Positions 37,077 through 46,103 of a stretch of DNA of 64,000 bases are shown here, piece by piece (position 1 is the stretch's first letter; each line of letters begins with the position of its first letter). The notes under the pieces are model-generated. The model worked only from the letters and a program-made list of their open reading frames with translations. It was not told where the DNA came from and did not search any database. A program made the translations under genes and the position numbers. The stretch lies in contig NZ_MWQY01000012.1 in the NCBI RefSeq assembly GCF_002087085.1, forward strand, positions 62,001 through 126,000, given 5' to 3'.

Positions 37077-37664
37077 ATGAAAAAACTTGGCATGATGTCG
37101 CTGCTGATTATTCCAATCGGAATAGCCATCAATGTGGTTTGTCGGCAGGTAACCCAAATGCTCGCCCTGCCTATTTTCCTGGATACCATAGGCACGGTCC
37201 TGGTAGGTGTATTGACCGGGCCGATAGGGGGCATGATAACCGGACTGCTTACCAATGCCGTACGGGCTGCGACGGTCAACCCCGTTTCGCTGTATTTTGC
37301 TCCCGTCAGCGGTGTTATCGGTCTTATCGCGGGACTGGCGTCGAAGAATAATTTCTACTCAAACTGGATTCAGATTTGTATTGTAGGATTGGTTCTTGCC
37401 CTTGCCGGCGTAGTCACAGCCACGCCCATTGCGGTTATTGCTTTCGGCGGCGCTGATGGCAGCGGAAGTTCCATTGTCACAGGCTTTTTCCTTGCGACAG
37501 GCAAGGGTATCTGGCAATCAGTATTTTCTTCAAAAATAATTACGGAGACAGTTGATAAAATTCTTTCGCTGATTGTCGCCATTGTCATCATAAAGAGCGT
37601 ACCGGAAAGTACGCTGGTAAAATTTCCTCTTGGAATGAATAAAATTCAAATAAAGAAATCATAA
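37077..37664 (+). CDS. ECF transporter substrate-binding S component
   Basis: About 195 aa, highly hydrophobic, IPIGIAIN...LPIFLDTIGT...GP..G..TGLLTN; followed by T and A components. Confidence 0.85.
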   Translation: MKKLGMMSLLIIPIGIAINVVCRQVTQMLALPIFLDTIGTVLVGVLTGPIGGMITGLLTNAVRAATVNPVSLYFAPVSGVIGLIAGLASKNNFYSNWIQICIVGLVLALAGVVTATPIAVIAFGGADGSGSSIVTGFFLATGKGIWQSVFSSKIITETVDKILSLIVAIVIIKSVPESTLVKFPLGMNKIQIKKS

Positions 37665-37675
37665 TTGTAGAGGTT

Positions 37676-37717
37676 CCTCGAGGCGCGCACCTGAAACCAG
37701 GGGTGTACGCCTTGAGG
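37676..37717. other. Intercistronic GC-rich stem-loop
   Basis: CCTCGAGGCG...CGCCTTGAGG outer stem with inner CTG-AAAC-CAG; no U tract. Confidence 0.6.
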
Positions 37718-37756
37718 TTCAGCTGATGTTTTTGCGGAGCCTGGGGAGAATCTGAA

Positions 37757-38506
37757 TTGAATTCGAAAAGCTGTCTATCGAAATTGTATCCCGTATCCAA
37801 GCTGACTGCAGCTCTGGTCATCGCCCTTACCGGGGTCCTGATTCAATGGGATCTTTTTGGCTATGTGGTGGTTCTGCCCCTGCTGTTTATCCTGGCGGCG
37901 GCGGACGGAAAGTTAAAAAGTTTCTTCGTAAAGATGTACGGAATGCTTGTTTTCCTTGCGATAACCATCTTCCTTATAAAAGGATTGTTTCATCCCTCGG
38001 AGGATATTCTGTTCTCGTTCTGGATAATAAAAATCAAGACCGAGGGAGCCAGAGATGCCCTGAGACTGATATCGCGGGTAATCAGCATAGCCGGGGCGCT
38101 GCTGCTGTTTTTCGAGACCACAGACCTTGAGGATTTTATGGTATCTCTCGTCAAGCTCGGTATGCCGTATACCGCTGCGTACATATTCTTATCCACCCTT
38201 CAGATTGTTCCTGATCTGATTAAACGGAGCAAAACCATCATGCAGGCCCAGAGGGCAAGGGGAATCGAGACCGAGGGGAATGTGCTGGTACGGACAAAAG
38301 CCTTTATTCCGGTTATCAGTCCTCTGATAATCTCCTCGATCACTGAAATCGAGGACCGGGTAATAACCCTTGAATCCCGGGCTTTTTCCGTAAAGGGAAA
38401 ACGGATATTTCTTGTGGAACCGAGGGCTGGAGCGGTCGACTATATGATCGGCGGTGTTTTCCTTCTGGCCTTTGTAATCTTTCTATGGATGAGGTATTTC
38501 GCATGA
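37757..38506 (+). CDS. ecfT: ECF transporter transmembrane T component
   Basis: AQRARG and LESRAF Arg motifs; TM helices. Confidence 0.88.
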   Translation: MNSKSCLSKLYPVSKLTAALVIALTGVLIQWDLFGYVVVLPLLFILAAADGKLKSFFVKMYGMLVFLAITIFLIKGLFHPSEDILFSFWIIKIKTEGARDALRLISRVISIAGALLLFFETTDLEDFMVSLVKLGMPYTAAYIFLSTLQIVPDLIKRSKTIMQAQRARGIETEGNVLVRTKAFIPVISPLIISSITEIEDRVITLESRAFSVKGKRIFLVEPRAGAVDYMIGGVFLLAFVIFLWMRYFA

Positions 38507-39363
38507 AGGCCCTGGAGATACGAGATGTGTCGTTCCGGTATCCGATCGGCAAAGATTTTGTTTTGAAGAATATATCCTTCTGTGTTGATCACGGAGAATT
38601 CCTCGCAGTTGTCGGTGCGAACGGTGGGGGAAAAACCACCCTCTGCAATATTCTGCGTGGATTTATTCCGGAGTTTCAGAACGGCTGTGATTTCTCCGGT
38701 GAAGTCCTCATCAACGGAAGAAAGATCTCCGATTACAGCAGCGGAGACCTGGCGCGAGAGGTCGGCTTTGTTTTTCAGAATCCCTTTATTCAGATCAGCG
38801 GAGTAAAGAAGACTGTATTTGAAGAGATCGCCTTCGGTCTCGAGAACCTGGGAACGCCGAAAGAGGAAATGAGAAAAAGCGTAACGGATATTATCGAACT
38901 CCTGAGAATCGGAGATTTGAAGGATAAGCATCCCGCTGAATTGTCAGGAGGACAGCGGCAAAGGGTCGCGCTGGCATCCGTTCTTGTGATGAATCCGGAC
39001 ATCCTCATCATCGATGAACCGACGTCTCAACTGGACCCCCAGGGAACTCAGGAAATCTTTGATATTATCAGAATCATGAAGGAACAGAATAAAACGATTA
39101 TTCTTGTTGAGCACAAGATCGACCTTATCAGCGAATACGCGGACAGGGTAATTCTTCTGAATGATAAAGGCATACTGATCGATGATACGGTGGATGCCGT
39201 ACTCTCGGATAAAATCCTGTTGAACAACGGGGTCCCCATGCCGGAGATCGCGGAAGTTGCCGATATGTATCTTCAGTTAAAAGAAAAGAAAACAGATCGA
39301 CTGCCTGTAAATATGGAACAGGGAATACGGTTCTTTCGGGACAGCATGGGGGAAGTGAGTTAA
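38503..39363 (+). CDS. ecfA: ECF transporter ATPase
   Basis: [33 protein letters not shown]. Confidence 0.88.
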   Translation: MKALEIRDVSFRYPIGKDFVLKNISFCVDHGEFLAVVGANGGGKTTLCNILRGFIPEFQNGCDFSGEVLINGRKISDYSSGDLAREVGFVFQNPFIQISGVKKTVFEEIAFGLENLGTPKEEMRKSVTDIIELLRIGDLKDKHPAELSGGQRQRVALASVLVMNPDILIIDEPTSQLDPQGTQEIFDIIRIMKEQNKTIILVEHKIDLISEYADRVILLNDKGILIDDTVDAVLSDKILLNNGVPMPEIAEVADMYLQLKEKKTDRLPVNMEQGIRFFRDSMGEVS

Positions 39364-40203
39364 ATGGAAGGTATCCTGGCGGAAAATATCACCTTTTCGT
39401 ATCCTGACGGTTACACTGCGGTGGAGGATGTTTCTCTGCATATCAGTGCGGGAGAAAGTGTCGCGATTGTGGGGCAGAACGGGGCCGGTAAGACGACCAT
39501 GGTAAAAATGTTCAATGCCCTTCTGAGACCGGCATCCGGAAGAATCCTGATCGACGGAAAGGATATCGCCGGTATGAGCACAGCGGCGGTATCCAAATTC
39601 GTAGGGTATGTGTTTCAGAATCCGGGGGATCAGATCTTCAACAATACAGTGTACAACGAGATCGCCTACATATTGCGGTATAACAAGTGTGATGCCGAGA
39701 CACTGGACTCTCTTGTCCGGGATGCTGCTGAACTCTGCGGTATATCGGAATACCTGTCCATGAATCCCTATGATCTGCCCTTTTCATTACGCAAGTTTGT
39801 GACCATCGCGGTTGTAATAGCCATGGGATCGAAATATATCATTCTCGACGAACCGACAGCTGGTCAGGACCTTGATGGTCTACACCGTCAGAGGGATATC
39901 ATTCAGGAGCTGGTTGGTCGGGGAAAAACGATTATTACAATTACCCACGATATGCGTTTTGTCATAGAAAATTTCCAGAGGGTAATTGCCATGGCGGACA
40001 AACGTATTGTCGCCGATGCTCCACGGGAAGAACTGTTCTGGGATTTTGACGTACTTGAAAAATGTTCCCTCAAGCAGCCGAGGATTGCCGATCTGGCCCG
40101 GAATCTTGGTTTTCCGGGACGCATAATCAGCAAGAAAGATTTTCTTGATCATGCGACGGAGGGAGAAAAAGCGGAATTCTGCAGTAATCAAAGAACGCAG
40201 TAA
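39364..40203 (+). CDS. ecfA: ECF transporter ATPase (second)
   Basis: GQNGAGKTT, VFQNP..Q, degenerate signature (PYDLPFS), DEPTAGQD, ITHDM. Confidence 0.86.
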   Translation: MEGILAENITFSYPDGYTAVEDVSLHISAGESVAIVGQNGAGKTTMVKMFNALLRPASGRILIDGKDIAGMSTAAVSKFVGYVFQNPGDQIFNNTVYNEIAYILRYNKCDAETLDSLVRDAAELCGISEYLSMNPYDLPFSLRKFVTIAVVIAMGSKYIILDEPTAGQDLDGLHRQRDIIQELVGRGKTIITITHDMRFVIENFQRVIAMADKRIVADAPREELFWDFDVLEKCSLKQPRIADLARNLGFPGRIISKKDFLDHATEGEKAEFCSNQRTQ

Positions 40204-40267
40204 AATATCGCCCGGCCTTCAGGATCTTTGTATATTAGAAGAACAATAATCATTCTGGAGGCTTACT

Positions 40268-40477
40268 ATGAAAAAGAATATGGGTACCCTGGACCGCAGT
40301 ATTCGAACGATTCTTGCCCTGCTTGTGGCCGTTCTCTATTTTACCGGTCAGATCAGCGGGACTGCCGCAATCATCCTGGGAATAATTGCTGTGGTTTTTC
40401 TTCTTACAAGTATTGTTTCTTTTTGTCCCCTGTATACCTTTCTTAAGATCGATACCACTGGAAAAAAGAGGGAATAA
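40268..40477 (+). CDS. DUF2892/YgaP-like small membrane protein
   Basis: MKKNMGTLDRSIR...LLTSIVSFCPLY..LKIDT. Confidence 0.85.
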   Translation: MKKNMGTLDRSIRTILALLVAVLYFTGQISGTAAIILGIIAVVFLLTSIVSFCPLYTFLKIDTTGKKRE

Positions 40478-40529
40478 AGGGATATATTTCTGCACGTACT
40501 ACCACCCTTCAGCTTGAAAGGCGGTTATT

Positions 40530-41615
40530 GTGGATTTTTACAAGAACCTTCCTGCCGGGGTATTTATCGGCTCTGTAAGCGCTCTGGAGCTCTATTACGG
40601 AAAAGAGCTGTCCGAACCGGTGAACCTTGTTCTGAGGGGAAGCCTTACGGATGTTGCCCGGGAATTTGACGATGTCGATTTTCCAGGTATAGAAGGCTGC
40701 GACGCTGTGGCCCGTTATGAAGGGCATACCTGTTTGATCAGCTGTATCGACGAAGATGAACCCTTTCCCAGAATGCCGTTCTCGGTTCAGAATCTCTATT
40801 ACGATCCACGGCGAAGGGTCTTTATGGACCCTCTGAATATTTATTATGACATCCGCCGCAGAGAACCCCGTCTGCTGGACGAGGTATGCTGCGATGAACA
40901 GACCGTAATCGAAGGCGCTCTGCTCTATTCCCGATTCAAATATCCACGAAACAGGTTTTACAGAGGCCTGGACTACAACTGGGAGCATATCTCAGTTTAC
41001 GAACAGCGTTTGCTCTTGTCCCGGATACTTAAGGGTAAATACGCCCATCGGGGGCTGGATATCCTGATGCGCACCGGGTTTATTTCCACCCACTGGCCGG
41101 AACTGGCCCGTATGGATGCCACCGAACATGCCAAGGAGCATCATCCCGAGGGAAACGCCTGGGAACACACCCTGGAGACCTTCCGGTACCGGAAAAACAC
41201 CGACCTTGCTCTCTCCCTCGGACTCCTGCTTCACGACGCCGGTAAACCGGCGGCAAAACGGAACGAAGGAAACACCTTTGACCGCCATGCTCAGATAGGA
41301 ACCGGGATCGCCAGGCGATTTCTGGAACGCCTCGAATTTGAAAGAGACCTGCAGGATGAGGTGGTTTTCCTGGTCCGGGAACACATGCTGCCCGCCTTTA
41401 TTCCCCGGCTTCCCACCTACCGGACCGAACGGAGCATGTCCTCCCCCTGGTTTCCGAAGCTTCTGGAGCTCTTCCGCTGCGACCTCTCCTCCACATTCCG
41501 CGGGCCGGAGAAATACTACGAAGCCTGTACCACCTACCGAAGCTTCCTGAAATACCGGAAGAACCCCTTCAGGACTGCGGAAGGAAAAAAACAGCTGAGA
41601 CTCTACGTTGAATAG
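40530..41615 (+). CDS. HD-domain protein related to tRNA nucleotidyltransferase / poly(A) polymerase, with degenerate head domain
   Basis: WPELA..., HHPEGNAWEHTL, LLLHDAGKP, HAQIG, REHM, CD. Confidence 0.75.
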   Translation: MDFYKNLPAGVFIGSVSALELYYGKELSEPVNLVLRGSLTDVAREFDDVDFPGIEGCDAVARYEGHTCLISCIDEDEPFPRMPFSVQNLYYDPRRRVFMDPLNIYYDIRRREPRLLDEVCCDEQTVIEGALLYSRFKYPRNRFYRGLDYNWEHISVYEQRLLLSRILKGKYAHRGLDILMRTGFISTHWPELARMDATEHAKEHHPEGNAWEHTLETFRYRKNTDLALSLGLLLHDAGKPAAKRNEGNTFDRHAQIGTGIARRFLERLEFERDLQDEVVFLVREHMLPAFIPRLPTYRTERSMSSPWFPKLLELFRCDLSSTFRGPEKYYEACTTYRSFLKYRKNPFRTAEGKKQLRLYVE

Positions 41616-41621
41616 GGGAAT

Positions 41622-42066
41622 TTGGAACAGGTATGGGGAGGATGGGAAAGATACAGTAAGCGCCCATATCCTTATTTCTCGCTGCTACTCCGCGTCTCCC
41701 TTCTGCGTTACTCTGCGGCCTCTGCGTGATCCCTTCTCCCTGTAGTGGATCTCTTTTTCCGAATCGAGAAACATGGACAGTAAGAAAACCATGGAGTCGC
41801 TGAGAACACGGAGAAACACAGAGGAAGTATGGAACAAAGATGGGGAGGATGGCCAGGATGGGTGTAGAAGTAGAAACTGATGATCCTGAACCTTGCGAGT
41901 TACGCACTTAGGTAAATCACAGTCACAACTACTCCGCGTCCCCCTCTGCGCCCTCACCGACCTCTGCGCGGCCTTATTCCTCCGCGTCTCCCTTCTGCGT
42001 CCTCACCGTCCTCTGCGTAGTCCTAATCCTCAGCGTTACTCTGCGTCCTTTGCGGTCTCTGCGGCG
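41622..42066. repeat. Dense mosaic of family A (41622-41652, 41829-41859) and family B (41688-41728 -, 41789-41823 +, 41932-41971 -, 41980-42019 -, 42029-42066 -) repeats
   Basis: Intergenic region between convergent genes. Three near-identical ~41-bp copies beginning CTCCGCGTC...CCTCTGCG. Confidence 0.88.
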
Positions 42067-42080
42067 TATCTTTTCGCACC

Positions 42081-43400
42081 TTACCCGAAGCTCTTCAGCA
42101 AATACTCCTTCAACGCTTCCAGGCTGTTCTCCACCATCACCGATTTCTTCTCGAGCTCCATGACCCCTGCCAGCTGTTCAGGTACAGGGGGCTTTTTGGC
42201 TGTGGCCTGCTCCACGATCTCGGTAAATTTTCCCGGAGCGGCTGTCCCGAGGCTTATGATCTGCGGTTTTTCGTTTCCCCGGTAGGCTTCAAGAAAGCGT
42301 CTGGATGCCAGGTATCCCACGGCAGTATGGGGGCACAGGAATTCCCCGGTCGCTTTTTCCACCTTCGCAATGGTCTCGAGGGTCTCGGCGTCGGTAACAG
42401 TGTCTCCGGTAATGACCGCGCTCATCTCTTCCCAGTCTCCCCCGAAAATTGCCAGAAGGCGTTCGAAATTGCTCGGATCACCCACGTCCATGGCGTTCGA
42501 GTAGGTCTGAACCGAGGGACGGGGGGTAAAAATACTGGATTCCAGATACTCAGGGACCACATCGTTTACGTTGGTGGCGGCAATAAAACGTTCGACCTCA
42601 AGACCCCAGCTCCAGGCAAGAACTCCCGCAGTCAGGTTGCCGAAATTCCCCGAGGGGACGCAGAACAGAAGGGGCCTCTCATTCCGGGAGACCTGCGCGG
42701 CAGCCCAGATATAATAAAAGGACTGGGGCAGAAGCCGACCCAGGTTGATGGAGTTGGCGGAACTCAACAGAATACGATCGATCAGCTCCCCGTCCACAAA
42801 GGCCTCTTTAACCATGCGCTGACAGTCGTCAAAGGAGCCTTTAACCTCCAGGGCGCTGATGTTGCCCCCCAGGGTGGTCAGCTGTTTCTCCTGAAGGGGA
42901 CTGACCCTGCCGGAGGGGTAGAGAATCACCACATCGATATTGGAGGATCCGTAAAAGGCCCGGGCTACGGCACTCCCGGTATCCCCGGAGGTGGCCGTCA
43001 GTATTACTGCCCTCTCGTCCCTTCCGGCGAGGATCGAATCCATAACCGCGGCGAGAAAGCTCGCACCGAAATCCTTGAAGGCGCAGGATGGTCCGTGAAA
43101 CAGTTCCAGAATGGAGAGGTCCTCGTCCATCTTACGCAGAACCGGCGAAAAGGAAAACGCACGCTCGCAGACGGCTTGGGCCTCCTCCCTGCTGAACTCC
43201 TGGGGCAGCAGCGTGTGGAGGGTTCTTCCTGCAATCTCGGTAAAAGGGGTATCAGGAGAAAAGGAGCGGAAGAGTTCCCGCAGATCGGGGACTGTGTCGG
43301 GATGGTACAAGCCTCCGTCCGGAGCGAGGCCGCGGAATACCGCCTCCTTGAAGCTGATCTTCTTATCCGGCGACCGGGTACTGGCAAAGGCGATGGCCAT
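42081..43400 (-). CDS. thrC: Threonine synthase
   Basis: GLAPDGGLY, ELFHGPSCAFKDFGA (PLP lysine), ATSGDTG, SANSINLGRL, VPSGNFGN. Confidence 0.95.
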   Translation of the reverse strand: MAIAFASTRSPDKKISFKEAVFRGLAPDGGLYHPDTVPDLRELFRSFSPDTPFTEIAGRTLHTLLPQEFSREEAQAVCERAFSFSPVLRKMDEDLSILELFHGPSCAFKDFGASFLAAVMDSILAGRDERAVILTATSGDTGSAVARAFYGSSNIDVVILYPSGRVSPLQEKQLTTLGGNISALEVKGSFDDCQRMVKEAFVDGELIDRILLSSANSINLGRLLPQSFYYIWAAAQVSRNERPLLFCVPSGNFGNLTAGVLAWSWGLEVERFIAATNVNDVVPEYLESSIFTPRPSVQTYSNAMDVGDPSNFERLLAIFGGDWEEMSAVITGDTVTDAETLETIAKVEKATGEFLCPHTAVGYLASRRFLEAYRGNEKPQIISLGTAAPGKFTEIVEQATAKKPPVPEQLAGVMELEKKSVMVENSLEALKEYLLKSFG

Positions 43401-44788
43401 TACTGTACCTCCTCCAGAAATGCCTTATGCACGGCATTGAGTGCGGCGCTCCGGCTCTCCTGATGAATAACAAAGCTGATATTTCGCTCCGAGGATCCCT
43501 GGGCTATAGCGAGAACATTGATGTTGGCCCGACCGAGAGCACTGAAAAGGCGGCCGGAAATTCCCGGGGTACCCCGCATGTTCTCACCCACCACGGCGAT
43601 AATCTCCAGTTCATTTACAAGCTCGATGCTCTGGATCATTCTGTAGCGCAGTTCCTCCGCCAGTTCGGTTTTCAGCGCGGCTACCGCAAGGGCTGCCTCT
43701 TTTTCACGGCAGACCATGCAGATGCTGTGCTCCGAGGAGGCCTGGGATATCATGATGATGTTTACCTTTGCGTGGGCCAGGGCACTGAAAACACGGGAAG
43801 CGACTCCGGGATGACCGAGCATGCCGCCGCCTTCGATGTTGATCAGGGCGACATTTTCAATGGAGGCAATGCCGGTAATGGGGGCTGATCCACCTTTGGC
43901 TCCGGCTGCGATCCTGGTCCCTGGAACGTCCGGATTCAGGGTGTTTTTAATATAGATGGAGATATTCTTGTCCACGGCGGGAAGCATGGTGTAGGGGTGA
44001 ATGACCTCTGCCCCGAAATAGGAAAGCTCCATGGCGTCTTCCAGGGATATCTCCGGCAGAACAAAGGCCGTCGGAACGAGCCTGGGGTCCGCTGAGAGTA
44101 CGCCGTCCACATCGGTCCAGATTTCCACCCTGTCGGCATCGATGGCGGCTCCCACCAGGGAGGCGGTGTAGTCTGAGCCGTTGCGCCCGAGGGTGGTGGT
44201 GACGCCCTTCTCGGTACGGGCGATAAAGCCGGTAACGACGGCAATACCTTCCACCTTTGAAAGGGTCTGGCGGATCAGGGGATAACTGGCTTCAAAATCG
44301 ACCTTTGCGTTGCCGTGGCTTGAATCGGTGACAATCATGCTGCGGGCGTCAACATACTGTGCCGGAGTTCCGCTGGCGCTGAGATACGAGGCAATCAGTC
44401 TGCAGTTTATTCGCTCACCGAAGCTCATGATCATATCCATGGTTCTGACGGAACATTCCCTGACCAGTTCAACACCGTGGAGTATGTCGGATAGCTCGTC
44501 GAGAAGGGTTCCTATCTCCTTTTCAATGGTTTTCGCAGTATCGTTACCGAAAAGGGCGGCAATGGCTTCCTTCTGCCGGGTTTTTATTTCCTCAACCAGT
44601 CGCCGATAGGCGGGATCGCCCTTTTCTGCTGATGTCGCTGCGTCGATCAGCATATCGGTAATACCTTTCATGGCGGAGAAAACCAGGACGACTGGCTCCG
44701 AGGAAGCAGCCCTGCGGGCTATATCGCTTACATGCTGAATCTTTTCTGCATCTTTGACGGAACTTCCGCCGAATTTCATGACCTTCAT
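43400..44788 (-). CDS. Aspartate kinase with two ACT domains (no homoserine dehydrogenase domain)
   Basis: VMKFGGSSV, TLGRNGSDYTA, WTDVDGV..ADPR, ISQASSEHSI, AIAQGSSERNIS. Confidence 0.92.
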   Translation of the reverse strand: MKVMKFGGSSVKDAEKIQHVSDIARRAASSEPVVLVFSAMKGITDMLIDAATSAEKGDPAYRRLVEEIKTRQKEAIAALFGNDTAKTIEKEIGTLLDELSDILHGVELVRECSVRTMDMIMSFGERINCRLIASYLSASGTPAQYVDARSMIVTDSSHGNAKVDFEASYPLIRQTLSKVEGIAVVTGFIARTEKGVTTTLGRNGSDYTASLVGAAIDADRVEIWTDVDGVLSADPRLVPTAFVLPEISLEDAMELSYFGAEVIHPYTMLPAVDKNISIYIKNTLNPDVPGTRIAAGAKGGSAPITGIASIENVALINIEGGGMLGHPGVASRVFSALAHAKVNIIMISQASSEHSICMVCREKEAALAVAALKTELAEELRYRMIQSIELVNELEIIAVVGENMRGTPGISGRLFSALGRANINVLAIAQGSSERNISFVIHQESRSAALNAVHKAFLEEVQ

Positions 44789-44889
44789 GGGCAATCCTGT
44801 TGATAAGTGATTTGATCTGACTATACAAAATTACCGGGTAAAAAAAAAGAGTGGCACATACCCTTCTTCCTTGGTATGATTTGCATCGT

Positions 44890-46071
44890 ATGAGCCTTTT
44901 GTACCGGCTTTCAGCAGGTATATGCATTATAACCGTCTCATTTCTCCTTATTCATTGCAGTACAGGCCCCAATGTTGTTCCAGCTGTTCCTGTGCAGACG
45001 GATAAGGAGCTGAGTGAAGGGCAAGGCGGGGACCAGGTCTCCGGCACGGGGAATGCTGCGGATCGTTCCGAGGAGCTTTCCGGAGAGATACCTTCTGAAA
45101 AGGACCTGCAGAGCTTTGCATCTCTTCTGAATTCCGAAATACGACCGGTTCTGGATTACAACGGCAAGCCCCTGATGGAAACATGGCAGCGGGATGGCAG
45201 GATCTATGGTGCGGTACTCTGTGTACAGAATGACGGGGAGTATCGGTTTCCGGTTCTTTCTGATCTTTCACGCATGTACGAACAGGAGTCCCGGCAGTTT
45301 TTCTATGTGGCAAACATACAAGGCTACAGAGGAAAGGTGTTTTTAGCCTATATAACGGAGCTGGGGGATTTCCCGGTTATCGATCGCTACTCGGCAGCTC
45401 CTTTCGGCAGCGCCTCGGCACCGGTGGCGCTCAATGTGGGGTTCCAGACCGGAGAAGGGGGAGAAGAAATTATCCTGTTCCTCAATGAGCGGGAAGCTGA
45501 ATCCATCAGACTGCGCCAGAACTCTGCTTCCTATGCACAGCGGCGGGATCTGGACGGAGACGGCATTAATGATGTTCTTCTGTACGAGGCAATTTACGAA
45601 GAGGGAACCGGCAAGGAGACCTTTGTATCCTGGTATCGCTGGGACGGTAAGGGTCTTTCCATCTACCAGACCACCACAATAGTCAGAAGACTTAATGAAT
45701 ATCTCCGGGGGGCTGCCGATCTGCTGGAGGAACACAGCTTTGACCGTTTTATCTCCCGTTATGTCGCGCCTCCGGAAAAACAGTCGCTGCTGCTGACCCT
45801 TCCCTTTGAAGAGGCTTTTCACCGATTATTCTCCCCGGACAGGCAGATGTCCGTTCACGTTCCCCTGGATCGGGGTGCCTTTGCCTCGATACGGCGGGTA
45901 GCCTTCCCGAATATTCTTGAGAATCCCTTTAACGTGGCTGCGAAGGAGTACTCGGTGGAGCTGCCTGTCCATTTTATCGCTGATCGTGATTACCGCTATA
46001 CCGTTCGTCTTCTGATGGATTCCAATCCCTTCAAGGACCGTCCTTTCAATTTCGTTCCCCGGCAGCCTTGA
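44890..46071 (+). CDS. Hypothetical lipoprotein
   Basis: Signal peptide ending LIHC; DLDGDGINDVLL calcium-binding-like motif. Confidence 0.6.
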   Translation: MSLLYRLSAGICIITVSFLLIHCSTGPNVVPAVPVQTDKELSEGQGGDQVSGTGNAADRSEELSGEIPSEKDLQSFASLLNSEIRPVLDYNGKPLMETWQRDGRIYGAVLCVQNDGEYRFPVLSDLSRMYEQESRQFFYVANIQGYRGKVFLAYITELGDFPVIDRYSAAPFGSASAPVALNVGFQTGEGGEEIILFLNEREAESIRLRQNSASYAQRRDLDGDGINDVLLYEAIYEEGTGKETFVSWYRWDGKGLSIYQTTTIVRRLNEYLRGAADLLEEHSFDRFISRYVAPPEKQSLLLTLPFEEAFHRLFSPDRQMSVHVPLDRGAFASIRRVAFPNILENPFNVAAKEYSVELPVHFIADRDYRYTVRLLMDSNPFKDRPFNFVPRQP

Positions 46072-46103
46072 ACAGCATCCAAGGCTAGGATAGATTTCTC
46101 AAT

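Noticed and set aside
37667..37717. preQ1-I riboswitch (AGAGGTTC start, ECF/hydrolase context)
   Set aside because: It lacks the complementary CCTCT strand and the A-rich 3' tail, and it lies mid-operon.
41932..42066. Possible CRISPR array (regularly spaced ~40-bp repeats)
   Set aside because: Spacers are only about 8-10 bp, the repeats are degenerate and internally periodic, and no cas genes are present.
41569..42285. Short ORFs across the repeat mosaic (also 25082-25492 and 1921-2538)
   Set aside because: They are translations of the repeat DNA with no RBS or protein-like signature.
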